DNA of 61,515 nt from Octopus sinensis (taxonomy: Eukaryota): positions 1 through 61,515 of the forward strand of contig NW_021833871.1 of NCBI RefSeq assembly GCF_006345805.1, in the 5' to 3' direction. Shown here one piece after another: positions 38,856 through 58,658 of the stretch. Below the pieces are notes generated by a model that was given only the letters and a program-made list of their open reading frames with translations, made no database searches and had not been told where the DNA came from. A program made the position numbers and the translations under genes. Within the stretch, counting starts at the first letter, position 1. Each line of letters starts with the position of its first letter.

Positions 38856-40543
38856 CAAATAGATAGAGAGAGAGACAGACAGACAGACACAGAGAGAGGG
38901 ACTGAGAGAGAAAGAGGGAGAGATATGTATGCGTTCTTGTATGCATGTATGTGTGCATGTGTGGGCTCGCACGAGTGTGTGTATATGTGTGTGTGTGTGG
39001 TGTGCATATGTAAGTTGGGCCGAATACTTAAATATTCTGTCCTTGTAAAATGGCTGGTTTTGTTGAATCTCAACGCTTCTATTTCTAGCAAGCGAGCTAT
39101 CGCATTCCTATTAGCACTCTGACTTGTATATTGGATGGCAAAATCAATTGGTGGCTGGATTTCCTCAATGAAAATAGAGAGGAAGAGAATTAGAATTACC
39201 GTCTGTGAGTGAAGAGATGAAGAGAGTGAAGAAGCGTGGTGGAAGAAAATGGATTGATTACGTAATATTTATCATTTAATTCTCTGCATCGCTTCTGCAT
39301 TTCCATAGTTAAAATTATGAAATATTTTCATTACCACAAGCAAAATGGCGGCGATGTATAGAGTGTGTCGATGACTGGGGACTATTTAGATAATACCAAT
39401 GCCTCAATTCTTTCACCTCTGTTAATCCTTTTCCATTTTTCATCCTTTGCTTAATTCTTAGTAAACCCGTATTGACAATCGCATGATAGACCTATATCAC
39501 TGAAAGTAAAATTGATAGCTAAGAACAAACATGTTTAATCCAAGAATAATTAAATGTTAAGTACATGTGTGTGTACGTATATATGTAGATGTGTGTTTGT
39601 GCGTGAGTATGTGTTCATGTGTGTGTGTGTTGATTGTCCGAATTGGAATCCTAAAGCTATATTTCTTTTAATGAAAACACTTAATGTTGGATATTGCAGT
39701 CGATGTAAAAACATTTTAATTTTCTTCTATTAAATATCATGAGAAATGAATGGATGCTTTTCAAAAATCTATTTTGGAACTTACTGTCCCTTAATTTTGC
39801 TTAACCCTTCAAAATCGTTTTCATCATTGACATTATTTCATGTTCGTCATGCGATCGAGTTTCCTTTTGTTAAATATACCGAATCTCCTCGCGTTCTCCT
39901 GCTGCAGTGGAAACAGCTTGAAACATAACACAAACTTCATTCAAGATATTAATTGTTTCTGTTATGGCTTCCATCTCCTTCTACATTTAAAGGAGTCTAA
40001 TGCGTAACACGCGAAGATATTTCACAACATAAACACGAACAAGTTAACATGCTATATAGGTTTTGAATTACTTTTAGTAGTGGAAATAGCTTCATTGCTT
40101 GTCTAGAGTCATCAATAATATAAATTTGGTCAGTTTGTTAACGTTGCCTGCGAATAACAACATGAGGATACTTCTGTAAGATTTCTCGATCTGTTAGAAA
40201 TAGCAACCAAATCCCCATCAATTTACACTGTAACCATCTTTTCAAGCATGGCATTTTAGACAATGCACTTCCAAGTATAGAGTGAAGCCAGCGGTTTCCA
40301 ACCATTTATTCCTGTGGACTTCTTTGATTTCTACTATCCTCATCTGGACCCTCATAACTGTATAATGTTTAAAAAAGCGTATTGTAATTTTATAATTAGA
40401 TATTGTTAGGAACTGTATAAAAGATTGTTGAAATGTTTTGTGTATTGTAGAACTTTAAGCAATTTAAAGCAAAGATATTAACAACAGAAACGTATACAGG
40501 GTTCGGATGAGAAACACTACATTAAACAGAACGTCTACGATTG

Positions 40544-40773
40544 AAAGCGGAGAGCTGGCAGAAATGTTTGCACGCCGGCGAAATGCTTGGCGGTATTACA
40601 TCTGCCGCTACGTTCTGAGTTCAAATTCCACCGAGGTCGACTTTGCTTTCATATTTTCAGGGTCGATAATTTAACTACTAGCAACGCACTGGGGTCGATG
40701 TAATCGACTTAATCCGTTTGTCTGTCCTTGTTTGTCCCCTCTATGTCTAGCCCCTTGTTGGCAATAAATAAAT
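40544..40773 (+). mobile_element. SINE family A, full length, 16-bp TSD
   Basis: Perfect TSD agaacgtctacgattg at 40528-40543 and 40774-40789. Confidence 0.92.
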
Positions 40774-41717
40774 AAGAACGTCTACGATTGGATTTTCATC
40801 CTAATTCTCTTTGATTTATCTTGGTCCCGGGTTGAAGAAAAATGAAAATACAACTAAAACGACAGCAACAACAACAGCAAGAACAATGAACCAAGCGTAA
40901 GTGAAGTGCTGATATAGAAATATTTTCTTGTCTAATCTTTTGTTCAGACACTAGGTTTCCGTGGTGTGGTGTGGTTTGGTGGTGGTTGTGACGGTGCTAC
41001 AGTTTTGAACACTTCACTAATTCATTCATTGTACACCGCTCAGTTTTCACCAACTAAAAGCAATTAGTATCACTTAATGAAAACATTAAAAACATGTCTT
41101 CTCTTATTACTTTTATATCGATTACTATGTTCGGTAGAGAAATTATGACGAAGTTAAAAAGCGAGAGACAGTAGACAGGTATGACTATGTGGGTAGAATG
41201 ACCATTTTTCAACAGCGTGATACCGCGTTCGAGCACACGAATAGAACTTTCTGGAAATGGTCGGTGGCGTATATATACACACACATCAGCTATGAGTTTA
41301 AAATGAATGCAAAAAATTTTTTAAAAATATTAAAATTCTACCAAAAGCCAAATTGCCTTATCTAATACAGGCACCAGGCAATGATAACAAAATGGCCAAC
41401 AGCTTCATCTCTGTCCAGTTACAGTGGAACTGCGCTCGTGACAAGGTTGCAGTTGGGGTGACAAAATTTTGACAAGAAATATTTCAGTGACAGTAATAAA
41501 GTTCGCATCTTTTTGAATGGCAAATACAGGCTTTTCACTCTGCAACTGCTAATAACATAAAAAGGAAATGGTTCTTTACAAAACGTTTTCCCGCGGGTTA
41601 TGCACTATCTAGTTACTGGAATTTCCTAAATGTAGCAAGATCATTAATTAGGGCGTGTAGGTCGAGGAAAACTGGCGACAATATTGTTCACATCTTGCGT
41701 TATTAAAAGCATGTCAA

Positions 41718-42097
41718 AGGCGGTGAGGTGGCAGAAACATTTGCACGCCGGACCACGTGCTTAGTACTATTTCGTCCGTCTTCACATTCTGAGTAAGTTC
41801 AAGTCCCACTGAGGTGGAACTTGCCTTTAATTCTTTTGGAGGTCGATAAATTAAGTACCTGTTGAACACTGGGGTCGATGTAATCGACTAGCACCTTCGC
41901 AGAATTGTTGACACACCGGGCGAAATGCTTAGCGGCATTTCGTCTGCCTTCACGTTCTAAGTTCAAATACCTCCGCGACTACTTTGCCATTCTCCATTTT
42001 GGGTTAGATATAATAAGTACCTGTTGAGTACTGGGTCAATGTAATCGGCTTAATCCCTCCCACGGAATTGATGGCTTCGTGCCGAAATTTGAAACCA
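41718..42097 (+). mobile_element. Two diverged family A SINEs head-to-tail
   Basis: First unit 41718-41895; second starts cagaattgttgacacaccgggcgaaatgcttagcgg at about 41899. Confidence 0.75.
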
Positions 42098-42122
42098 TTA
42101 TCATTCTTAATCGTATTCTTTT

Positions 42123-42365
42123 TGTTTCAGGTCTTTTGTAACTCCTAGTATCTTGCATGTGTAGCAGGCTTTCTGCCTGCAGCCTGCAATACCGAGCTAT
42201 CTGTTCTTTTCACTTATCTAGTACTTCCTTGATTATTTTGGCTGTGCCAAAGAAGCATACTTTTTGTAAGAGTTCCACTAGGCACTCTATTCTGATTTCC
42301 TTTATATTCCTCTTGATGCCATCTGATACTGTCCCCAAAGACCCAATAATTGGCACTATCTTCAC
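42123..42365 (-). mobile_element. R4/Dong C-terminus and 3' UTR (third subfamily)
   Basis: VKIVPIIGSLGTVSDGIKRNIKEIRIECLVELLQKVCFFGTAKIIKEVLDK* (ORF 42210..42458), homologous to the IIVGALGMIKK...QKIALLGTAHIL end of the 4474-5199 copy. Confidence 0.8.
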
Positions 42366-43199
42366 CTTCTTCAAGACAGCGTTAATGGCAAAATCGTTGG
42401 GGCGGCCTCGAAAATCGTTGACAGGATGTCTTGAAGAACTTTCCTGGCTCAAAATCATAAGTAACTAGCTAAGCACTGGCTCAACGTAAACCACTAACCC
42501 CTCGTCCAAAATTTCCTGCTGTGTGCTTATAATAGAAAGAACTATTATTTTTATTATAAGCCTTTATAATATCTGAATCTAAATATTTGAATATGTGTGT
42601 AGTGATTTCGTCAGCGACCTCACACACTTAATTGAGATCGTCATTGTATTAAAGATGAATAATTTAGTAACATCAGATGTTATTTCAGAATATAAATCAG
42701 CAAATACTTCGGTAAAACAATCTCAGTTGACTTCTGAATATAAATAATGAGATGAGAGAAACCAAAACCAAACATCATACAAGATGTTTTATTGTCCTGT
42801 ATCGAAATGTCTTGTAGAAATTTTTGTATCTTTCTCAGTATGTACATTTAGGTGAGGACTTAGTGGGGTCATTAGGTTGTTGGATAAAACTCATTGTGAT
42901 TTTGTGGCAAGATTTTACGCTGTGACTTCAAATCCAGTCAAACGCAAAGATAACCTTACGGGATCGATGAAAGGTAGTAAACATTCTAAGTCCAGAGTGA
43001 TGGGTGAGGACCTTACACGTGTTGCTTGCGGTACCTGTTACGTTTCAGTGTATTGTAAGTTCAATTGTGGCACCGTCAAGGTAAAGCGGTGCTATTTGTA
43101 TTAGAGATAAACAAATCAGATTGTAGATACAGCAATCTGAAAAACAAATATAAAAATGTTTTATTGGTTAGTCACAACAACGATTGGTCTTTGCTGTGC

Positions 43200-43243
<44 letters not shown>

Positions 43244-43245
43244 AG

Positions 43246-43286
<41 letters not shown>

Positions 43287-43364
43287 ATATATATATATAT
43301 ATATATAAAACATTATTGGTGAATGAAGAAATGGAGTGAACGCAGATTGAACAGAAATCGTTTA

Positions 43365-43445
43365 TTTATTCTACACGTGTTTCGAAAGGCACAATTACCA
43401 AATCCGATTGAATGACCATATTGTGTCTTTCTCTTCAGGAAGAAA
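43365..43445 (-). ncRNA. Minimal type I hammerhead ribozyme, Penelope-like, in the left arm
   Basis: Minus strand: uuuCUUC CUGAAGA GAAAGACACAAU..24 nt..AUUGUGCCUUUC GAAA C ACGU G U A GAAuaaa. Stem II 11/12 bp; palindromic stem III (ACACGUGU); GUA site with H17 = 43372. Confidence 0.7.
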
Positions 43446-43615
43446 AAGGAAATCCGTTGGAAAAACAAAAACAGAACAGAGGCGGAGCAAACAAATCGAA
43501 CTATGTCCTAAGAGCCCATGGCGAAACTCTGGGGTCGCCATGGGCTCTTAGGAGCACAGTTCGATTTGTTTTTTGCTCCGCCTCTGTTCTGTTTTTGTTT
43601 TCAACGGTATTCCTT

Positions 43616-43704
43616 TTTCTTCCTGAAGAGAAAGACACAATATGGTCCCATTATTCAATCGGATTTTGGTAATTTGTGCCTTTCGAAAAACGTGTAGAAT
43701 GAAA
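43616..43704 (+). ncRNA. Second copy of the same hammerhead in the right arm, one stem III mismatch
   Basis: CUGAAGA at 43623-43629, GAAA at 43685-43688, then A ACGU GUA (C15.2 reads A at 43689). Confidence 0.55.
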
Positions 43705-43909
43705 TAAAGCGATTCTGTTCAATCTGCGTTCAGCTCCATTTCTTCAATTCACCAATAATGTTTTAATTTCAATTATCCGCACCAACGCACGGTTGCAACG
43801 CCAGATGGTTGTACCTCCAACCGTGCTGTTTACTGCTGTGATTTTTGCTACTAAGGTATCGGTTAAACTTTTGATTAATCACTACAAGATATTCATCTTT
43901 CTATTTCAC

Positions 43910-43967
<58 letters not shown>

Positions 43968-44784
43968 ATATATCTTGATATATATGATATATACGGCAAA
44001 AAGAAAATGGAGAAGATACAAAAATGACATACATCAGCCGGTAGACATTCTATTATGTCTATTTATTCCAAAACAAAAGGTAGTATTATAAGAATAGATA
44101 CACATGCAAAGAATGTGTGTGCTACACAGCTGTATACTAGTAATAGTAATAATAGTAATACATAAAAGAATAAAAGATTAAAAGATGAGTTCCTTACGGC
44201 CGTTTCTGCCAAGAAGCCCCGATATCCTCCATTTCTAGCTCCATCTCTTCAGTGTTCTTTAGGGACGGGTAGATAGAGTCTGGATGTTGAGTTTGCCTCT
44301 AGGCTTCATCAGAGGGTTTAAATGGTTAGGAGAGCCGATACAGAGTCAGTTACTAATAAGTACAGTATATGTTTCTTACTGAAGAGGACATAAGAAGAAC
44401 AGAATCAAGACTAAGAGGGCGTGAGGAGTAAAATTTAATAAAATGGATTAGGTATAGGAAAGGGGAATAAGTCATTTCCTATTTGCTTACTCCTAGAACG
44501 TATATAACATGGCTAATATTTCCTTCCAAATCTCAACGAATTCCTACCAACACATGACTACGATGCTTCCCCCCCCCCTCTACTCCTACTCATGATCAGA
44601 GATGCAGTAAGAAGCAAGTCTGTGGTATTGGACACCACATTTGCTATAATTATATTTCTGCTTCAACAGTGTAATGAAAAATAGGTTAGTTTCAAAAAAT
44701 TGATGACCAGGACATAAAAGCATATTTCGTTTTTGGATTTGGTTTGCAAGATTCTTTATATGAGTTCGTGTGTTGAAGCATATT

Positions 44785-44979
44785 CTGTTGTGTCTGGGGA
44801 GAGTCATTTTCTTTTAGTGCCTTATAATGTAACACACTCACCGGTGAAATTTCCACTTTTTTTCTAAAATTTTCGTTGCGTCTTGCAACATTTTAAATAG
44901 TTTTGACTGTCCGTTATTTACACTGAGTGTGTTATATTATAAGGCACAAAAAGAAAATGACTCTCCCCAGACACAACAG
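44785..44979. mobile_element. MITE with 56-bp terminal inverted repeats
   Basis: ctgttgtgtctggggagagtcattttcttttagtgccttataatgtaacacactca (44785-44840) versus tgagtgtgttatattataaggcacaaaaagaaaatgactctccccagacacaacag (44924-44979). Confidence 0.85.
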
Positions 44980-45419
44980 CATAAAAGCATAGTTTTGAGG
45001 GAAGAGAAGTAATTTCCTTTGATTTCTAGACAGAAGCAAATACGCAATAACCCTTACTGACAAAAGAACAAATGTTCACAAGCTCTTCATTCGATGGTCT
45101 TCTTCGCAGTTTGAAATTTTTCTCACAATTTGTGTTGCCAGGAAATAAGTGTACAACACACCATCATGTAATTTGCTGAAAATCAAACCCGGAATTCAAG
45201 AATCTGCCATTGAATTCTTTCTCTGTATACAATATGGACTGATTTTTTTTTTTTATCTGGCATTTCTTGTGTATTGTTACAAGTAAGGAGAGAATTGAAA
45301 CAAGAATCGATCAACTTAATTAGATTATGCCATTGAGAATTAAATTATAGGATGTTGCAAAATGAAATAAAATAAGACAAATTGAAAATGAATGTCTAAC
45401 CCTTTTAATCATTCATAAA

Positions 45420-45886
45420 TCTTACCTTGTTTCAGTCTCTCGGTACGGCTATGCTGGAGCAATACCCTAAATTGTTTGGACAAACAAATCAAAATCCAGT
45501 ACTAATATTGTAAAGCCTGGTACTTAATCTATTGTTCACTTTGGCCGAACTGCCAAGTTAATGGTACGTAACCGAACGCTGCCAACCCTGGTTGTCACGC
45601 AGTAGGGGAGGCAGACACGTCGAGAACACGAAGATATATACACATATATAAACACACGTACATACATACATAGGTTTCTATGTATGTGTTATATATATAT
45701 GTATATTTATATATACATACACACAGACACACATATATATATACGCACATATACACATACATACATATACATAAGTCTGATCGCTTAGGAAGCTGGGTGG
45801 CACTATTTAAATACTCAAACATTGTGTGAAGCATTGTGACCAGCGATGTGTAACACCATCTGTTAGTCTGGTCGATACCGTGATAT

Positions 45887-45922
<36 letters not shown>

Positions 45923-46170
45923 CATAAATACATACATTCATGCATACACACACATACATGGATATATACATACATACGTACGTAGTACATTCATACATAC
46001 AAACATCCATACATACATATACGCCAGACTACTTTCATCCTCCGCCTACCAAATCCACTCATAAGGTTTTCGGCCTTTGCGGGGCCATAGTAGAATAAGA
46101 CACACTGCCACACGGTAGGATTGAACCAGAAGATCACACGGCTAAGATGCATGCTTAAACAGCCACGCCT
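45420..46170 (-). mobile_element. Old SINE family B with expanded internal microsatellite containing a family D fragment
   Basis: Tail cttgtttcagtc...gctatgctggagc at 45425; head part ctaccaaatccactcataagg...cagccacgcc at 46045-46170. Confidence 0.55.
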
Positions 46171-46724
46171 ACGTCAATAGATCAAAGACAATACATTTTT
46201 GTCGGTTACTGTGTCTCTTCTAACCGCTACAAGTAAATGCCTGTAAAACAAGTAAGTCATGACATAGTTATTTACTTCTTTCAACTATTTTTTCTTTCTA
46301 TAATATATCACTTTTTTTTTTAAAGCTAACAGTCGACATTGTGTATAGAAATGATACGTTCAAAGATACGGTTCAATATAGCAACACAGTTTTCATGTGG
46401 AGTTTGCTAGCTAAAGATGACTGATTTTTCTCCAGAGATTTCAATGATTGTATTAAAGTAATTATATTTTCAAAACTTATTTTCTATAATAATCATATTT
46501 GTAGCACAACGCAACAACCACCTCAAGACCAATAACACGTTTACAGAAGAGAAAATCGGATGATGCCGATATTTAGTAATACTCACCGTTACCCTCTTCC
46601 CCACCTCTCTCTCTCTCTCTCTCTGACTGAATCTCTTTCTTTGTCTCTCTCTTTCTATCTCCCATTCTCTCTCTATATATACAGGTATGTATGTTTACAT
46701 ATATGTTTGTGGTGTGTTTCGTGT

Positions 46725-46781
<57 letters not shown>

Positions 46782-47474
46782 GTGTGTATTTTTCCCTTGT
46801 TAACAATGAACACGGAAGAAAAATATAGATAGTTGCCAGCGTAGCAAAAATCACACAAGTAAAAAGGTTGTAACTCCTTGTTTTTAAAGGTAGAAACTTC
46901 GGGTTTACGTGAAATATTTTGTATAATATATATAAATGAATGAATAAATGGAGTTAAACGTATGTGTTATTAAAATCTTTTTACTTCCGATACATGTTTC
47001 GAAGATATCACTGGTATTATTCCAAAGGAATAAAATGGTGTAAGACAATGTAATCTTCTGTTCATGGAAGTGAAGAAATGAAACTCATCAATAAGACATT
47101 TTAACAGAAAATGATGGATATGTATAGTGATTATCTGAATGCTATTAAGTTTGTTTATAAAAAAAGCGTTAAGGGATATAACATCAAAGGTAGCCTATAG
47201 AAAGAGAAGGGATAGAGGAGAGAAAAACTAAATAAATGAGATATGTATAAGTATATATATGTTAAATAACACCATATAGTCTTGGAAAAAGATATATCTA
47301 GTGAATGTGGAATGTAAGAAGAAATTTAATGTTTAAATTATATATAATGATAGATATCGCTTATATGAACTAAATGTGTGTTTCTGCCAATGTTTACATC
47401 GGTATACATGCTCTATAACCGTGTTTACAAGGGGATTTAAGAAGAAAATAATACTAAAAACATAACAAAACTAA

Positions 47475-47526
<52 letters not shown>

Positions 47527-47595
47527 AAATAAAAATAATAATGATAATGATAATAAAAATAATGACGATCATGATGATGATGATGATGATGATGT

Positions 47596-47628
<33 letters not shown>

Positions 47629-47935
47629 GGATGATGATTGATGATGATGATGATGATGTTGATGATGATGATGAGGATGATGATGATGTTGATGGTGGTA
47701 ATGATGATGATAATGATGATGATGATGTTGATGATGACGATGATGACGATGGTGATGATGGTGATGATGATGATGATGATGATGATGATGACGATGATGA
47801 CGATGGTGATGATGATGATGATGATCATCATGATGATGATGATGATGATGATGATGATGTTGATGATGATGATGACGATGGTGATGATGGTGATGATGAT
47901 GATGATGATGATGATGATGACGATGATGACGATGG

Positions 47936-47997
<62 letters not shown>

Positions 47998-48030
47998 TTG
48001 ATGATGATGATGATGATGATGTGATGATGT

Positions 48031-48088
<58 letters not shown>

Positions 48089-48120
48089 GGTGGTGGTGGT
48101 GGTGATGATGATGATGATGA
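47475..48120. repeat. (AAT)n grading into (GAT)n
   Basis: Read directly. Confidence 0.95.
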
Positions 48121-49730
48121 TAAATCCGTTAAAGTTTTTTACAAGCAGTTACCAGCATATAATACAGACGTATTAAGTTGAAGTCATATAGAGAGATTTA
48201 TGGTAGTATAAAATACAATAATAATTAAGGGCATAGATTAGACCATGGCCTCCTGTACGCCCTTAACTATGATTTTATTTCATACTATTATGTGTGTGTG
48301 TGTGTGTGTGTGCGTGTGCGTGTGTGTGTGTGTGTGTGCGTGTGCCTGTGTGTGTGAGTGTGTGTGTGTGTAATCGATACAATACATGTGTTCATTTGCT
48401 ATTAATAGTTTCATGTGTTGATAAATTCCTCAAACATGGTCTTCGAGCACATGTGAAACGATTAGTGGCACATGTATTGTGTCTATTAAATAATAATTAT
48501 CTCTCACAAAAAGGAGTACATTTTTGGCGATTTTACCATCACGCAACTGTACTGTACAGCATGCAGTATACATATGTGTATGTGTATGCGTGCGTGCGTG
48601 TGTGTGTCTATGAGAGAGAGAGAGTGAAAGAAAGAAAGAGAGAGAAGGAATAAATTGCATTTTCTTGTTTTTTTTTTGCGTAGTAATTGGATCTCCATAG
48701 CCATGCGGTAGAGATTGCTATCACATAATACATTTCACCCAATTTCCAAAGAATATTTTTAGCATAGTTTATCTTGCGTCTTATATCATGCTAGTCATAG
48801 AAGTCTAAAAGTACTGGAACTGACATATTTGTCAGATTAACCTCGTTAATAGTAATGCGGCAGCATCAAGTTCTTGGATTATATATTCCTGTGATTCAAA
48901 CATTACCAAACTAAATGCCGTGGCATATATCATATCGGCAGCCTCATATCTTCTGTATAACACAGTGAGACAGAAATATCAACGCCATCATACAGCTGCT
49001 ATAATATTTATCATCAGTAGTTTTGCTTCAGTTACTTTTAATATGCCCTATGGCTGTTTGTAGCATCATTCACTGATTAGACGCTGAGATTCTAACGGAG
49101 TATTCGCAGCTCTGTAGCATTCGGGTGTCTACCACTGACAAGGTCAAGGAGGGCCGAAATGACGTGATCTGGTAGTCTCGGCGGCGGTGCTGGTGGTTGA
49201 TTATTACTCACCAGCAACGTAAACACGTGTGCTTATAGGCATATAAGTCCATAGATCCTCTCATTGTAGTAATGAGTTTTAACACAACTTCCCTTTTTTA
49301 GGTGGGCATAAATATTACCTTTTGGTATTAACAGTCCTCCTGTTGCTACTAATTATTGTTTTTTTTTTTAAATTTCAGTAACACCTTTGATATTATACCT
49401 TTCACCTCATTTCAACCGATCCTTCCACTATGGCTCTCCCAGCAGGGTTAACGGATAATTTCATGCGAATTTCATAACGGATAATTTCATACTAATAGAT
49501 GCTATTAGATATACCGATAGTAAAATATATGTGAACAGATGGGCATATAGATTAAATCTGTCATTTTACATAAAACATTTCATTATATTCTAGAAATGTC
49601 GGAGTTTCTAGATTAAACTTTATATTCAGATTTCTTTATCTCTGTCTCTGTCTCTCTCTCCCTCTCTCTCCCTCTTTCTCCCTCTCTCTCTCCCTCTCTC
49701 TCGCTCTCTGTATATATATATATTTATATA

Positions 49731-49800
49731 TATATACGAAAGAAGGTTTGAAAATGCAAATTTAAAAGATGTTGCATTTTCAAACCTTATTTCGTATATA
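49731..49800. repeat. 70-nt near-perfect hairpin (28/29 bp, 12-nt loop); likely collapsed mariner-type MITE
   Basis: tatatacgaaagaaggtttgaaaatgcaa - atttaaaagatg - ttgcattttcaaaccttatttcgtatata. Confidence 0.7.
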
Positions 49801-49836
49801 ATTCCACTCGTGCAGTGCCCTACAACTCCACTTTGT

Positions 49837-49874
<38 letters not shown>

Positions 49875-49887
49875 GATAGATAGATAG

Positions 49888-49924
<37 letters not shown>

Positions 49925-49985
49925 TGAACGTGTATGAATATAAATAGATAACTTGCGACTTGAATCCATAGATACGTACATACAT

Positions 49986-50026
<41 letters not shown>

Positions 50027-50185
50027 TATATATATTATATATATACATACATACATACATACATACATACATACATACATACATACATACATACATAAAG
50101 TCATTGGTATACACATGCTTACTCATACACGCATACATCTCCTCTTTTCATTCCGCACACAGAAACACATGGAAATGCAAGAAAT

Positions 50186-56832
<6,647 letters not shown>

Positions 56833-56980
56833 GCATATAACTCAAAGAATATTCATTCGTTCGTTGGTACAGATCTGTAAGTATTTAACAATAGACCTGT
56901 ATATCGATGATTTGCCAGTTGGTTTTGTAGACGGAAACTTGAGGGAACTTGTCGTGCACAGATGTATATATATATAATTT

Positions 56981-57153
56981 ATAGAAATTACTACACAAGA
57001 TAAGGACATAATCTTCCATGCTAGAAGGACTTTACTCTTCAGTGAGAACGCAGAGTGGGTTAAGAATACCCATACAGAGCATGTGAGCATGGGGTCATAT
57101 GATGGAGCAGGTTTAAGCGAACTCATTGGACTATTTCTACTCGATACGTTGGG
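56981..57153 (+). mobile_element. Penelope-like element reverse transcriptase fragment
   Basis: IEITTQDKDIIFHARRTLLFSENAEWVKNTHTEHVSMGSYDGAGLSELIGLFLLDTL resembles the PLE RT motif II.HARKSLLF...W.K....DVTMGSYDGAE.CELVG..LL (recognised from memory, not searched). Confidence 0.75.
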
Positions 57154-57666
57154 TAACACTTCTCCTGGCGTGCCCCAACATGGCCACAGCTCGTGAGCTG
57201 AAACTAGTTCAGTTAAATTCAGTACACACACACACACATTTATATATATATATGGTGTGTGTGTGTAGATATGTATATATGTATATGAATATGTGCGCAT
57301 CAAAATATGTTTAACAGTGTATCTTCGCTTTTGGTTTTTAAAATATGTGCAGATACAACAAATATAATTTGATATGTGTGTGTAATTGGGCGAGTGTGTA
57401 TGCGGTCGTAGGCCACTTTCTATTTATTGAAATATATAGCACTGTTAGAGAAAGGAAATAAGCTGTATGAATAATTAAATTTTCGCATTAATATCTATTT
57501 AAAACAAAGGAACTACATTAAAATTTGGTTAGAAGCGAAAGGAAGCCACGAAGAATGCGGTAGAAATAGAAGAATAGAAACAGATAAGATAAGTGAAGAT
57601 TTACAAAAATATAAAGAAATTCTTTTGCTGGAATGTTAGCAGATTACCAAAATGAAGGATAATATA

Positions 57667-57717
<51 letters not shown>

Positions 57718-57780
57718 CTCTATCTATCTATCTATCTATCTATCTAGCTATCTACCTATCTATCTATCTATCAGTCTAAA

Positions 57781-57811
<31 letters not shown>

Positions 57812-57828
57812 TATAATCTATCTTATCT

Positions 57829-57863
<35 letters not shown>

Positions 57864-57927
57864 CTTGAATCTATCTCTATCTCTACATTCATACATACAT
57901 ACATAAATATATAATATATGTATATAT

Positions 57928-57965
<38 letters not shown>

Positions 57966-58612
57966 ATTACATACATATAAATATATATATACATAGATAG
58001 ATGGGTAGATATAGATATACATAGATATATATATCTGTCAATCTGTCTCTGTCTGTCTGTCTTTACTTGATTTTTAAATCACGTTTTCTAAATATTCTTG
58101 CGTAGTTTCAACCTTTCCTAAAAATACCTTTTTTTTTGGTTACCATTACCAAACAACAGTTGTGAAGCCGGTATGTCTTTAAAATATATTTGCTAATAAA
58201 AAATTGAAATTACGATTCGTTTGAAGACTCAAGTACATCTCCACCATCCCTCTCCCAAAACCCTCCACCCGAACACTTCGCTTGCTCTTTCCTGCGTGGG
58301 AATAAAACTTCTTTCTCTATACATATACACACCTTTGTAGATACCATTTGTTATACAGCATAATTACATAAAATCTACCAATAGTTTCATGCATTTGGAC
58401 ACAATAAATCAGAAGATTTATATAATATGCCTTATGCTTCCAACCACTCATTTCCCTCAATTTCCCTGTTGATTCTACCTATAAGAATATAACATATACA
58501 TAATGTTAAATGTACACACGCACACACACACACACACACACACCACACACACACAACACACACAAACATATAATATATACATATATGTGTATATACATAT
58601 ACCGTGTGTATA

Positions 58613-58658
<46 letters not shown>

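Larger units (their letters stand above)
43306..43765. repeat. 460-bp fold-back (arms ~220-230 bp, 10-nt loop aactctgggg at 43525-43534); whole insert 43306-43912 lies inside (TA)n
   Basis: Left arm taaaacattattggtgaa...agagcccatggcga is the reverse complement of tcgccatgggctct...ttcaccaataatgtttta. Confidence 0.92.

Noticed and set aside
39341-39353. caaaatggcggcg, a YY1-like motif
   Set aside because: Single motif with no other promoter evidence.
44290-44315. Minus-strand CUGAUGA-A-GCC-UAGA-GGC-AAAC
   Set aside because: Lacks G12 and has no stem I or stem III; not counted as a hammerhead.
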